From Planctomycetota bacterium (lineage in GTDB: Bacteria; Planctomycetota; B15-G4; JADJEK01): 64,000 bases of DNA. The stretch is from positions 84,782 to 148,781 of the forward strand of contig JBGAIQ010000011.1 of the NCBI GenBank assembly GCA_044225365.1. The letters run 5' to 3'. Positions 48,665-60,967 of this stretch are shown piece after piece (positions within the stretch are counted from its first letter, which is position 1; each line of letters begins with the position of its first letter). Made by a program: the position numbers and the translations under genes. The notes below the pieces were generated by a model, which searched no databases, was not told where the DNA came from, and was given only the letters and a program-made list of their open reading frames with translations.

Positions 48665-50611
48665 ATGGTACCCGACTGGATCTACGCAAATCTCGACCTC
48701 GTGACGTTCGCGGCGGCGATGATCGCTTGCCTCGCCGGGGTCATGATCGTTGCGCCCAAAGACCGGGCCGGAAGGCTCGCGACGGTCGCTGCTTGGCTCT
48801 CGGCCGGCCTTCTGTTCCTTCTTGCCGCCGTCGCGGTCGAGCGCGCGACGGTATCCGCGAAGTCCTCGCTGCGCGACATGCTCGGCGGCTTTGCGAAGAC
48901 GTATGCCCAGGAACTCTCGGTGTTCGGGCATTGGAAACTCCCGCTCGACGCCAAGGAAGACGACCCTCTCTACCTCTCCCTCATCGCGGCCGAGATGCGA
49001 TGGCTCTCCGTCAACCAGAGCGTCGCGGACATCTATACATTTCGGATGCGCCCCGACGGGAAGGTGTGCCTGTTCGTCGATTCCGCGACCGATTACGACC
49101 ATAGCGGCGCGATCGATTCGGATCGTGAGCAACAGACGCCGATCGGCGAACTCTACGAAGATGGGGTCACGCCGGGTCTGCTCAATGCCTTTGCCGGCAC
49201 CGCCTCGTTCGACGACGAGATCGTCACCGATCGCTGGGGAACTTGGGTCTCGTCGCACGCGCCGATGTACGGACCCAAGGGCGAAGTGGAGGCCGTGCTC
49301 GGCGTCGACTATCCGGCGCAGGGCTGGCTCGCGGCGATCGCGAGCGCGCGCCTCGCGGCGATCGGCTACCTCGCGGTCCTCGGGCTCATCGGAATGGTCG
49401 CGCTCTGCATCATCGTCCTCCAAAGCAAGCGACTCGCCGAACGCCGCGTGATCGAGGAGCAACTGCGTTCTGCGATGGCGCTCGCGCAATCGGCGAGTCA
49501 GGCGAAGTCGGACTTCCTCGCCAACATCAGTCATGAGATTCGCACGCCCCTCAATGGCGTCATCGGCATGAGCGAACTCCTGCGCGACACCGATCTCAAC
49601 GAGGAACAGGGCGAGTTCGCGCGCACGATCCACGAGTCGGCGCAACTCCTGCTCACGCTCCTGAACGACGTTCTCGACGTCTCCAAGATCGAGTCGGGAC
49701 AACTACAGATCGAATCCGCGCCCTTCGATCTCCTGCACACACTCGAAGAAGTGGTCCAACTGTTCGCTCCACGCTGCGCACAGAAAGGAATCGAGATCGC
49801 ACTGCGCTACGCGGCACAGACGCCGCGAAACGTCGTCAGCGACTCGCTGCGCATCCGGCAGATCGTGTCGAACCTCGTGTCGAACGCCGTCAAGTTCACG
49901 AGCGACGGTTCAGTGCGACTCGACGTCTCCGGCAACGAAGTGAACGGCACCGCACGGCTCAAGATCGCCGTCATCGATACCGGGATCGGGATCCCGAAGG
50001 ACAAGCTCGAATCCGTCTTCGAGAAGTTCGTGCAAGCGGACACCTCGACGACGCGCCGCTACGGCGGCACGGGCCTCGGACTCACGATCAGCCGCGAACT
50101 CGCGATGAAACTCGGCGGGCGCCTCGTCGTGACGAGTCGAGAGAACGTCGGATCGACGTTCTCGATCGAGCTCGAGTTGCCGCTCGCATCGGATGGCGAG
50201 TCCGGTCCATCCCCCAAGGTCCGACGCGGTCGTGCGATCGTCGTCTCCGGTACGCCCTCGGTTTCGGCATCGCTCGTCGAGTCCCTGGCGCGAATCGGAT
50301 ACTCCCCGACCCATACGGCGACCGCCGCAGATGCCGCTCGCCGCCTGCGCGATGCGAATCGAGACCACGAACCGTTCGACGTCCTGGTGACCGAGGACTC
50401 GCTGCCCGATGGCAGCGGGCTCACCGCCGCCCGCCAGCAGAGCGACCTCTACGGTGCGACTTCGATCCGGCGGGTGATGCTCTACGCCCGCGGCAACGAG
50501 GCCACCGCCGACGCCTTCCGCAAGGCCGGCCTCGGGATCGCGTTGCCCCGGCCGACGCGCGAAGCCGCGTTGGAAGCCGCGCTCGATGCGAAGACGCCCG
50601 TCTCCGCTTGA
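48665..50611 (+). CDS. Membrane sensor histidine kinase with degenerate C-terminal receiver-like domain
   Basis: TM segments flanking a Cache-like loop; [38 protein letters not shown]. Confidence 0.92.
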   Translation: MVPDWIYANLDLVTFAAAMIACLAGVMIVAPKDRAGRLATVAAWLSAGLLFLLAAVAVERATVSAKSSLRDMLGGFAKTYAQELSVFGHWKLPLDAKEDDPLYLSLIAAEMRWLSVNQSVADIYTFRMRPDGKVCLFVDSATDYDHSGAIDSDREQQTPIGELYEDGVTPGLLNAFAGTASFDDEIVTDRWGTWVSSHAPMYGPKGEVEAVLGVDYPAQGWLAAIASARLAAIGYLAVLGLIGMVALCIIVLQSKRLAERRVIEEQLRSAMALAQSASQAKSDFLANISHEIRTPLNGVIGMSELLRDTDLNEEQGEFARTIHESAQLLLTLLNDVLDVSKIESGQLQIESAPFDLLHTLEEVVQLFAPRCAQKGIEIALRYAAQTPRNVVSDSLRIRQIVSNLVSNAVKFTSDGSVRLDVSGNEVNGTARLKIAVIDTGIGIPKDKLESVFEKFVQADTSTTRRYGGTGLGLTISRELAMKLGGRLVVTSRENVGSTFSIELELPLASDGESGPSPKVRRGRAIVVSGTPSVSASLVESLARIGYSPTHTATAADAARRLRDANRDHEPFDVLVTEDSLPDGSGLTAARQQSDLYGATSIRRVMLYARGNEATADAFRKAGLGIALPRPTREAALEAALDAKTPVSA

Positions 50612-50672
50612 TCCGATCGTCGCAGCGGCGATCGAGCTATGATGTCGGGCTCGAATCCACTTCGGAGTCCCC

Positions 50673-51818
50673 ATGCTTCCGCCCCGCAAGACGCGCCCGA
50701 TCCATATTCGTGACCTCACGATCGGCGGCGGCGCCAGGATCGCCGTCCAGAGCATGGCGGCGACGAAGACGCGCGACATCGAAGCGACGTCCCGGCAGGT
50801 GAAGATCCTCGAGGACGCCGGCGCCGACCTCGTCCGGATCGCGGTCGACAACAAGGCCGACGTCGAGGCGCTCGCCACGATTCGCTCCCGCACGAAGGCG
50901 CGGCTCTCGGTGGACCTCCAGGAGAGCTACCGCCTCGCCGAGTTCGTCGCCCCGCACGTCGACAAGATCCGCTACAACCCCGGCCATCTGCATCACGTGG
51001 AGCCCGCAAGGCCGGTTGCCGACAAGGTCGCCTGGATCGTCGAGCAGGCGAAGAAGCACGGCTGCGCGATCCGCATCGGCGTCAATGCGGGTTCGATCGC
51101 TCCCGACTACAAAGATCGGTTCGGCGAAGATCACGTCGGCGCCATCGCGCAGTGCGCGATCGACCACTGTGCGATCGTCGATTCCCTCGGTTTCACCGAC
51201 TACTGCGTATCGATCAAGGACAGCGATCCGCGCCTCGTCGTCGACGCCAACGTGCGATTCGCCACGGCTCGGCCCGACGTGCCGATCCACCTCGGCGTGA
51301 CCGAGGCGGGCATGCCGCCCGAGGGGATCATCAAGACGCGGATCGCGTTCGAGCAGCTCCTGTCGCGCGGGATCGGCGACACGCTGCGCGTTTCGCTCAC
51401 GCTGCCGTTCGAGGACAAGGGCCTCGAGATCAAGGTCGGCCGCGAGCTCATCGACGACGTCGCGAACGGACGCTTCCGCTCGGTGCCGCCGAACTTCTTC
51501 AGCGGCCTCAATATCATCAGTTGCCCGTCGTGCTCGCGCGTCGAGAACGAGAAGTTCATCGAACTCGCGGGCGAGGTGAAGAAGCTCACGGCCTACGCCA
51601 AGGAGTTCGACCTCACGATCGCCGTGATGGGTTGCCGCGTGAACGGCCCGGGCGAGACCGATGACGCCGACCTCGGGCTTTGGTGCGGACCGACGACGGT
51701 CAATCTCAAGAAGGGCGCCGAGGAGCTCGGGGCCTACGGTTACGACAAGATCCTCCCCCGCCTCAAGACGGAACTGGATGCGCTGATCGAGAAGAAATCG
51801 GCGACGGCACGGAACTGA
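50673..51818 (+). CDS. ispG: 4-hydroxy-3-methylbut-2-enyl-diphosphate synthase
   Basis: [55 protein letters not shown]. Confidence 0.95.
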   Translation: MLPPRKTRPIHIRDLTIGGGARIAVQSMAATKTRDIEATSRQVKILEDAGADLVRIAVDNKADVEALATIRSRTKARLSVDLQESYRLAEFVAPHVDKIRYNPGHLHHVEPARPVADKVAWIVEQAKKHGCAIRIGVNAGSIAPDYKDRFGEDHVGAIAQCAIDHCAIVDSLGFTDYCVSIKDSDPRLVVDANVRFATARPDVPIHLGVTEAGMPPEGIIKTRIAFEQLLSRGIGDTLRVSLTLPFEDKGLEIKVGRELIDDVANGRFRSVPPNFFSGLNIISCPSCSRVENEKFIELAGEVKKLTAYAKEFDLTIAVMGCRVNGPGETDDADLGLWCGPTTVNLKKGAEELGAYGYDKILPRLKTELDALIEKKSATARN

Positions 51819-51946
51819 GCCCTCTTTCGCGCGCCGGAGAGTTGACCGAAAGGACGCTTCCAAGTAGGTTCTTCCAATTCGCTCACGGTGCCCAATTCGA
51901 GCGTCGCAGGGTCGCGACGCTCGATGGGTCGGATGCGGCGGAAACC

Positions 51947-52536
51947 ATGATGCTTCGCCGTTGTTTCGCGCTTCCTGCCTTCCTCCTCGCCGCCGTCGCC
52001 TCGATGGCTGTCGGCTGCGCATCGTCGACGCCGACCGACATCGACTCCGCGCAGCGCCTGCGCGTCGCATACTTCGACTTCCGGACCGGGAAGCACTTCG
52101 AGATCGGCGATCGCGATGATCCCCAGTTCCGCGATCTCTACTCGAAGAAGCAGTCGGCCGCCGGAGTGAAGGTCACCGACGCCGAACACCTGAAGCAGGT
52201 GGTGTCCGAACTCGCCGCAGCCGACTACTTCGAGTACGCCGGCAATCTCGCCGGACCCGAGCAGGTCTCCGGCGAAGGCCCCTACAAGTTCTTCCTCGTC
52301 ACCGCCGACGGCCACCCCTACTCGCTCTACCTCGCGAAGGGCGTCGCGGCCGCGAACAAGGACATCGCGCTCACGATGAGCAAGGCCACGGACATCGTGA
52401 TGCGGGCGTTCAACGACATCCCGCAGCTCCAGTGGGTCGATACGCAGGGCAAGGGCTCGGAGTTCTACAAGGACGAGCAGAAGCAACTGCAAGAACAGAA
52501 CAAGCAGGTTCAGAAGTCCGGAACCGGGGGTCGGAA

Positions 52537-52540
<4 letters not shown>
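51947..52540 (+). CDS. Hypothetical lipoprotein
   Basis: Lipobox AVGC after a hydrophobic leader; stop overlaps the kdsB start (GTGA). Confidence 0.75.
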
Positions 52541-55234
<2,694 letters not shown>

Positions 55235-55572
55235 CGGGCGAGGGGGCTTGGGCGAGCGGCGGAACGCTAGGTTTGCAGCAACGGTTTTCAAGGCCGTTGA
55301 GCGGAGTTGTAAGTATTTTTGTAGTAGTTGTTTGCGACGTCGCATGTGCAAGCGATAGCAGAAACGCTAGCACTCGGGTCGAATGTGTACTGCGTGCGAG
55401 TCCTTGCGAGCCAGTGCGAGCTGGTGCGATTTCTAAGAACTTAGGAGTCGACGCGTAGAGGACAGGAATTGGACGGTTTCGCAACGCGTTCGCGCCGAGC
55501 CGACTTCCCCTTTCGATCGCCCCGCCGAACCGAGTTGCTTCCATCTCTTTTTTGTGATATGCTGCGGCCCGA

Positions 55573-55953
55573 ATGCCGATAACTCAGGTGCACCTCTTCT
55601 GCGAAGCTGACGGTCGGTCCCCGATCGCCGAGTGGCTCAACGAACTGCAAGGCGCCGACCGTTCGGCCTACGTGAAATGCAGAGCCGCGATCGCGTCGCT
55701 GCGGCAGTTCGGGCATGAGCTGCGTCGCCCTACGGCCGACCTGTTGCGCGATGGTATTCGTGAGCTTCGCGTGCGAAAGGGTCATGTGAACTACCGGCTC
55801 TTGTACTTCTTCAGCGGAAAGGACATCGCCGTCCTCGCTCACGGTCTCACGAAGGAGGACGTCGTGCCTGCCGCCGACATCGATCGTGCCGTCCGTCGCA
55901 AGGCCCTCTTCGAAGCGAATCCGAGCCGCCACACCTTCATCTTTGCGGAGTGA
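55573..55953 (+). CDS. Type II toxin, RelE/HigB (Gp49-like) family
   Basis: GHELRRP..D.LRDGIRELR, YRLLYFF, LAHG.TK; toxin gene precedes an HTH gene. Confidence 0.88.
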   Translation: MPITQVHLFCEADGRSPIAEWLNELQGADRSAYVKCRAAIASLRQFGHELRRPTADLLRDGIRELRVRKGHVNYRLLYFFSGKDIAVLAHGLTKEDVVPAADIDRAVRRKALFEANPSRHTFIFAE

Positions 55954-56297
55954 CACCCATGACCCATCGTAAGACCCGCGGAAAGAAGACCACCGACGCG
56001 GAGGAGATCCTTGACCGCATGGCGGGCGACGACCCCTCGCTTCGCCAGGAAATCGAAGACGCGAAGCTCAACATGCGCGTCGCCGAGATGATTCTCGCGG
56101 CCCGCGAGTCCGAAGGACTCACGCAGGCGCAGCTCGCAAAGCTGGTCGGAACTCAGCAGAGCGTCATTTCGCGCCTCGAGGACGCGGACTACGAGGGGCG
56201 ATCACTCACGATGCTCCAGCGCATCGCCGCCGCGCTTCACAAGCGGCTCGAGGTGCGGCTCGTTCCCGAGGAGCCCTTGGCGAGCGGTTCCCGCTGA
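55950..56297 (+). CDS. XRE-family HTH antitoxin (HigA-like)
   Basis: GLTQAQLAKLVGTQQSVISRLE; GTGA overlap with the toxin (alternative ATG 55959). Confidence 0.88.
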   Translation: MTPMTHRKTRGKKTTDAEEILDRMAGDDPSLRQEIEDAKLNMRVAEMILAARESEGLTQAQLAKLVGTQQSVISRLEDADYEGRSLTMLQRIAAALHKRLEVRLVPEEPLASGSR

Positions 56298-56467
56298 TCG
56301 TTTCGAGCCGCGCCGCCAAAGATCAAGATCGCGAGCTCGCGCGCGACTGGCTCGGGCGATTTGACGTCGTGATTCTCGAGGATTACCTCCCGCTCTTGCC
56401 CGCTTCGCGAATTGGAGCCGAGGCCGAATCGCCGGCGGTCGAATCGCCGCTTAGCGTGGCCCGCCTC

Positions 56468-57559
56468 ATGCGCGACTTCGACTCCAACTTCAACCCACTC
56501 GCCTTCCTGCTTGCGTTGCTCGCGAATTGGACTCAACGCGGCCAGCAGCGGCTCGTCGACTATCTCGTCGAAGAGAACCGCGTCCTCAAGGCCAAGCTCG
56601 GCAAGCGGCGGATCTACTTCTCCGATGCCGAACGCGCGAAGCTCGCGCGAGCCGGCAAGGCCCTCGGTCGCAAGCTCCTCGAGAATTACGCAACGATCGC
56701 GACTCCTGACACGATCCTGCGGTGGCATCGAAGACTGATCGCGCTGAAATGGACGTTCGCGAAGGGACTCGAAAAGAAGATCGGCCGACCGCGCATCGCG
56801 GATGAGGTCGAACAGTTGGTCGTCAAGATGGCGAAGGAGAACGCCGGGTGGGGCTACGACCGAATCCAGGGAGCGCTTGCGAATCTCGGACACGAGATCG
56901 GTGCGACCACGGTCAGCGAGATCCTCGCACGCAACGGCATTCCTCCCGCGCCACGGCGACGATCGACGTGGGCCAGGTTCATCAAGTCGCACCACGCCGT
57001 CCTCGCCGGAGCCGACTTCTTCACGACCGACGTATGGACGAAGCTCGGCCTCACGACGGTGTACACGCTCTTCGCCATCCGGCTCGCTACGCGACGCGTC
57101 GAGATCCTCGGCACGACGACGAATCCCGACTCCGCGTTCATGGCGCAGGTCGCGCGCAATATCGCGATCGAGAGAAGTCCGCTCTTCGACGGCGTCACTC
57201 ACCTGATCATCGACCGCGACTCGAAGTACTCGGCGCGATTCGAAGAGCTGATGCGCGAAGCCGGAATCGAGTCGGTCAGGATTCCTGCGCAGTGCCCCGC
57301 GGCGAACGGTGTGAGCGAGCGGTTCGTGAAATCCGTGAAGACCGAGTGCCTGCGCAAGCTGATCTTCTTCGGCATCGGCTCGCTCGAGCGCGCTCTGCGC
57401 GAATATGTCGAGTTCCACTACCGGAGCGAGCGCAACCACCAGGGGATCGGCAATCGGATCATCGAGCCCGGCGCGGAGGTCGGCACGACCGTCGGTCGAA
57501 TCGAGCGTGTCGATCGGCTCGGCGGACTGCTGCGTCACTACCGTCGCGTCGCGGCCTAA
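56468..57559 (+). CDS. Integrase-core (rve) DDE transposase
   Basis: TPDTILRWHR, WGYDRIQGAL, ADFFT (D), LIIDRDSKY (D), SERFVKSVKTEC (E), RNHQG, RLGGLL..Y. Confidence 0.9.
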   Translation: MRDFDSNFNPLAFLLALLANWTQRGQQRLVDYLVEENRVLKAKLGKRRIYFSDAERAKLARAGKALGRKLLENYATIATPDTILRWHRRLIALKWTFAKGLEKKIGRPRIADEVEQLVVKMAKENAGWGYDRIQGALANLGHEIGATTVSEILARNGIPPAPRRRSTWARFIKSHHAVLAGADFFTTDVWTKLGLTTVYTLFAIRLATRRVEILGTTTNPDSAFMAQVARNIAIERSPLFDGVTHLIIDRDSKYSARFEELMREAGIESVRIPAQCPAANGVSERFVKSVKTECLRKLIFFGIGSLERALREYVEFHYRSERNHQGIGNRIIEPGAEVGTTVGRIERVDRLGGLLRHYRRVAA

Positions 57560-57803
57560 AATCGTCGAGATCGATGGCCTGGCTTTCGGTCGCGCGACTC
57601 GCGAGGCGCGGCCATCGCGTGTCACGAGCAGACGAATCGCCGTTCTGAACGTCGTTTCGCCGCTGAGTCGGCCATTCCCCGCCGTCAAGGCGGCCGGGCA
57701 ACGATCGAATTCCGCCATCGCGATTCTCAATTCCGCCGTCGGCGACGCTCCCGTATCACGGAATTGGCGTCGTCTAGCTTTCCGAACCTCCATGAGAAGT
57801 GGC

Positions 57804-58119
57804 CCCGCGTCAACCCGCCTTGGCGAATTTCTTCGAGACGAAAACGATCGACACTCTCCCGTATACGTCCATTCGCACTCGTCGAGGAAGCGGTTCGCGC
57901 TTCGGTGCATTTGGGGGTCCGCTCGATCCGGCGCTGCCATCCACACAACGCCATCCCGATGGGTGGCAGTACGGAAATCGCAGACGCCTGACCGAACGGT
58001 AGAGTGTCTGTCGTTCTCTGCCTCGTAGCTCTTCGCCGGCGGAGTCGCCGAGCGTCTTCGTGATGTCTTCCTATCGAATCAGGTTGCCGACGAGGGTTTG
58101 AAGCGTCACCGCGACCGCA
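57804..58119 (-). ncRNA. Putative bridge/seek RNA region of the IS110 element
   Basis: Non-coding end containing segments that match both arms of the reconstructed target and of the donor junction, each pair separated by a hairpin. Transcript limits unknown. Confidence 0.65.
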
Positions 58120-59193
58120 TCAAGCACAGGTACGTTCCTGGCAGTGACGTTGGTTGCGCAACGGCTCGTACTCCTCACCGGTCTTCCAAAGACTCAAGAG
58201 CAAGACGGATAACCTCCGCGCGACGGCGACTACCGCACGCTTCTTGGCGCGTGGTCCTCCCCTCGCAGCGATGGCCAGACCGTAGCGGCGCAGATCGCTG
58301 TCCTTGCCGAACGGTTCGAGAATGTACTGGGCGCTCTGCACGAGCAGTCGGCGGACGTACCCGTTACCCGCCTTCGTAATCGACATCTGCGGATTGCTGT
58401 TGCCGCTTTGGTACTGCCTCGGCACCAACCCGAAGTAGCTCCCTACCGACCTGGTGTTCTGGAAACGCGAGGGATCGTTCACCGTCAGAACGAAGCTGTA
58501 CGCCGTCAGAGTTCCGACGCCGTTCACCTGGCTCAGCAACGTGACCACCGGATACGCAGCCGGGGCTCGCGCTTCGATCGCGCGGTCGATCTGCTTGATC
58601 TCCTGCGTCAACGCTGCGATTTGCCGGAGGGCCGGCGCAACCAGCTGCTGGACTTCCTCCGACAGCAACGGGTGGATTCGCTTGGCGAACACCGAAGTCG
58701 AGCAAGTCGGCAACGGCACACCGAGCGAGTTCATAATCCCCCGAACCTCGTTCACCAGCGCCGTACGATTGCGAACGAGAGTGTCGCGAATCCGAAGCGT
58801 TGCCAAGTCGCGTTGGTGTGCTTCGGTTCGGTGTTCGACGCGACGAAGCAGCGGCAGGCAGGTCGCACCCATCAGCGCAAGAGCGCGTGCATCGCTCTTG
58901 TCGTTCTTCTGGCGCTGCTTGAACGCGACCTTCAGGGAGTCGAAAGCGACCACCAGCACCTCGTACCCGAGATCCGTGAGCAGCCGGGAAACCCACGGTG
59001 AAGATCCGCAGACCTCCATCACGACACGACACCGTTCCCGGTTCTCAAAAGCCTTCGTGAACGCAGCCCTCGTTCCCGCGATCGAGAACTCCTCGATCAA
59101 ACGGCCATCAAGAACGACGGCAGCGTGAGAAGTCTTCCTCCCGAGATCGATTCCGATCACGCACGACGACGACTTCGAAGTACGATTGTCCAT
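58120..59193 (-). CDS. IS110-family DEDD transposase/recombinase
   Basis: AAAGGAGG RBS; IGIDLG, VVMEVCG, KNDKSDA (DEDD); VNGVGTLTA, SYFGLVPRQYQSG, ITKAGN, VAVARRL. Confidence 0.94.
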   Translation of the reverse strand: MDNRTSKSSSCVIGIDLGRKTSHAAVVLDGRLIEEFSIAGTRAAFTKAFENRERCRVVMEVCGSSPWVSRLLTDLGYEVLVVAFDSLKVAFKQRQKNDKSDARALALMGATCLPLLRRVEHRTEAHQRDLATLRIRDTLVRNRTALVNEVRGIMNSLGVPLPTCSTSVFAKRIHPLLSEEVQQLVAPALRQIAALTQEIKQIDRAIEARAPAAYPVVTLLSQVNGVGTLTAYSFVLTVNDPSRFQNTRSVGSYFGLVPRQYQSGNSNPQMSITKAGNGYVRRLLVQSAQYILEPFGKDSDLRRYGLAIAARGGPRAKKRAVVAVARRLSVLLLSLWKTGEEYEPLRNQRHCQERTCA

Positions 59194-59279
59194 GGTTGGC
59201 CTCCTTTGAGCGGCGACGCTCGACATCATGCAGACCCTCGCGGTACTGCGCTCGAGGCCAGCCACTTCTCATCCCATCC

Positions 59280-59561
59280 ACACAGCGTCGCTTCTGCGGC
59301 TCGTGACGCTGTTACTCGCCGAGCAACATGACGAGTGGCAGGCATCGGAGAAGGCGTACTTCAGTCAGCGATCCATGACGAAGGTCACGACGTCCGTCCT
59401 GCCGCCACCGAGCCTGATGAAGGAGGTGGCGACGTCGTGAAGTCGGGCCGGATGCAGCCGATCGAGCGACGAGCGCTCTGAAGGGCGCTCGCTCGCCCGG
59501 CTGCCCGACCCTCCAGCATTCTTATGACCAACCGAATTACACCACTTGACGAGACACGAAC
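59280..59561 (+). pseudogene. 3' remnant of an IS256-family transposase with its right end
   Basis: TASLLRLVTLLLAEQHDEWQ..YF, stop at 59440; preceding FPN codons lie at 57779-57787; GAATTACACCACTTGACGAGACAC (from 59534) resembles IS256 right termini. Confidence 0.75.
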
Positions 59562-59593
59562 GGAAAACCCGTATTTGGGCGCAGAGCGGCACA

Positions 59594-59974
59594 CTACTTC
59601 TTCGGAATGGTGTCAATGTGCTTTCCAAAGTCGGTGAGAAACTGGAGCTCATGCGACGAAAGCTGACTGCTACACCCGGACGCACTGGGTTTTGCCGTTT
59701 CGGTGTCTCGCCGAACGTCAAACAGAGCCATTGACACATCTCCGTGCGGGGTCTCCGCGAGCATGAAGGCGAGCCTTCCATCTATATTATACATCTTGAT
59801 AGTAGGCACGTCACCATCAACCGAAAGAACTATACGATCCTTGCCGGCGGAGTCCCGGACCGCCAGCTTCTTGGTTACCACATCCTCTTGATTACTAGGC
59901 CTAGCCCCGCCAAAGGTGGACCCTGCACCAAAAGCGACACAAAGCGCAAGACAAGACTGCGTGTAGTTGTTCAT
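59594..59974 (-). CDS. Hypothetical exported protein, lower GC; candidate immunity protein
   Basis: AGGAG RBS, signal-like N-terminus, AT-richer codons; downstream of the Rhs gene on the same strand. Confidence 0.6.
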   Translation of the reverse strand: MNNYTQSCLALCVAFGAGSTFGGARPSNQEDVVTKKLAVRDSAGKDRIVLSVDGDVPTIKMYNIDGRLAFMLAETPHGDVSMALFDVRRDTETAKPSASGCSSQLSSHELQFLTDFGKHIDTIPKK

Positions 59975-60919
59975 GACAAACTCCTAGATCATGTTCGCCT
60001 AGAGCCATCTAGTGACTTCTGGAATGTCGATGCCGTCGCACCGTCCAGCTGCGGAACAGGGTATCACATCGACATGTGCTCGGAAAGACAAAAATAGCCA
60101 CGTCAACGGATCGATGGGTTGAAAGTAGGTCCTCCTGTTCTCCGTGTTGGTAACGTTTTTACGTAGACCGGCCCGTCTTGCGAATTCGGACACGATCTCG
60201 CTTTTCTCGCCGCGAGAGGGGGTTGCGTACCGGATCGCGCGCGAGGAAGGCGTAAAATCTCAATTGGGCGAGGCTGGCAGGTACGCGCGACTAGTCTACT
60301 CAGCCGCTTGTTGAGAGAGTTAGATCATCTTCGGCTCATCGGCGTCCGGATCGAGCCGGGGCATTGGTTCTCGACAGCTGTGTCCGTGGTCGCGCACGTT
60401 GCCCGAAGCGCCGCCGCAGTTGCACCTTGTACCGTGGCCGGCCAGCTCGAGGATGGCGCTATCTCGCTTCCGGCGCGTACCGGTCCGAGATATAGGCGAG
60501 TCTTCGGTGCGCGAATTGAAGGGAACACGGGATTTCGAGGAATACGTCGAGTTCGCCGACTCGACGCCGCCACACACTCCCAGGGTACCGGCGACCTGGA
60601 TGGGTCGGGAGATGGGCATTATCGCCTTCTGCACGAACCTGCGGATCAACTGGCGCACAATTGGTTGAATCATCGAGCGCGTCCTCGTTCGGCGTCGCGA
60701 TCCGATCAACTACGCCAAACCCGAGGGTTGCAACTCCCTCGCCCTCGGTCGCGCCGTGCGGCGAGCGTGTGAGCGACCGTCCCGAGGGCGAAGCGGCCAG
60801 AGGCGGAACCCTCCCCGGCTTCTAACTCGGAGGTTGCGGTTTCCCGGTACCGCGCAGCTTGCCGACTATGCGCGAAAAACGGCGAAAGCGGAGTTCGAAG
60901 GGCGGAGAATTCCGGCGCG

Positions 60920-60960
60920 ATGGGGACGCGCCACGCGCGCTGCGTGCGGCGCGTCCCCAT
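60920..60960. repeat. Perfect 13-bp inverted repeat just after the Rhs stop
   Basis: ATGGGGACGCGCC (60920-60932) and GGCGCGTCCCCAT (60948-60960); no U-tract. Confidence 0.8.
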
Positions 60961-60967
60961 GCCACGA

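Larger units (their letters stand above)
57788..59279 (-). mobile_element. IS110-family element, IS1111 type
   Basis: Perfect 12-bp sub-terminal inverted repeats ATGAGAAGTGGC (57792-57803) and GCCACTTCTCAT (59261-59272), 4 and 7 nt from the inferred ends; AC dinucleotide on both flanks; long non-coding region 3' of the transposase. Confidence 0.88.

Noticed and set aside
55236-55320. Functional tRNA gene
   Set aside because: Only an anticodon-arm-like hairpin; no TTCGA T-loop or complete cloverleaf.
56300-57770. Defined termini for the rve transposase element
   Set aside because: No convincing terminal inverted repeats or target duplication found by eye.
57788-57813. Strong circle-junction promoter of the IS110 element
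   Set aside because: An outward-facing TTGACG is present (57813-57808), but no convincing -10 falls at 16-18 bp in the reconstructed junction.
60920-60960. Rho-independent terminator
   Set aside because: Strong stem but no U-tract on either strand; kept only as an inverted repeat.
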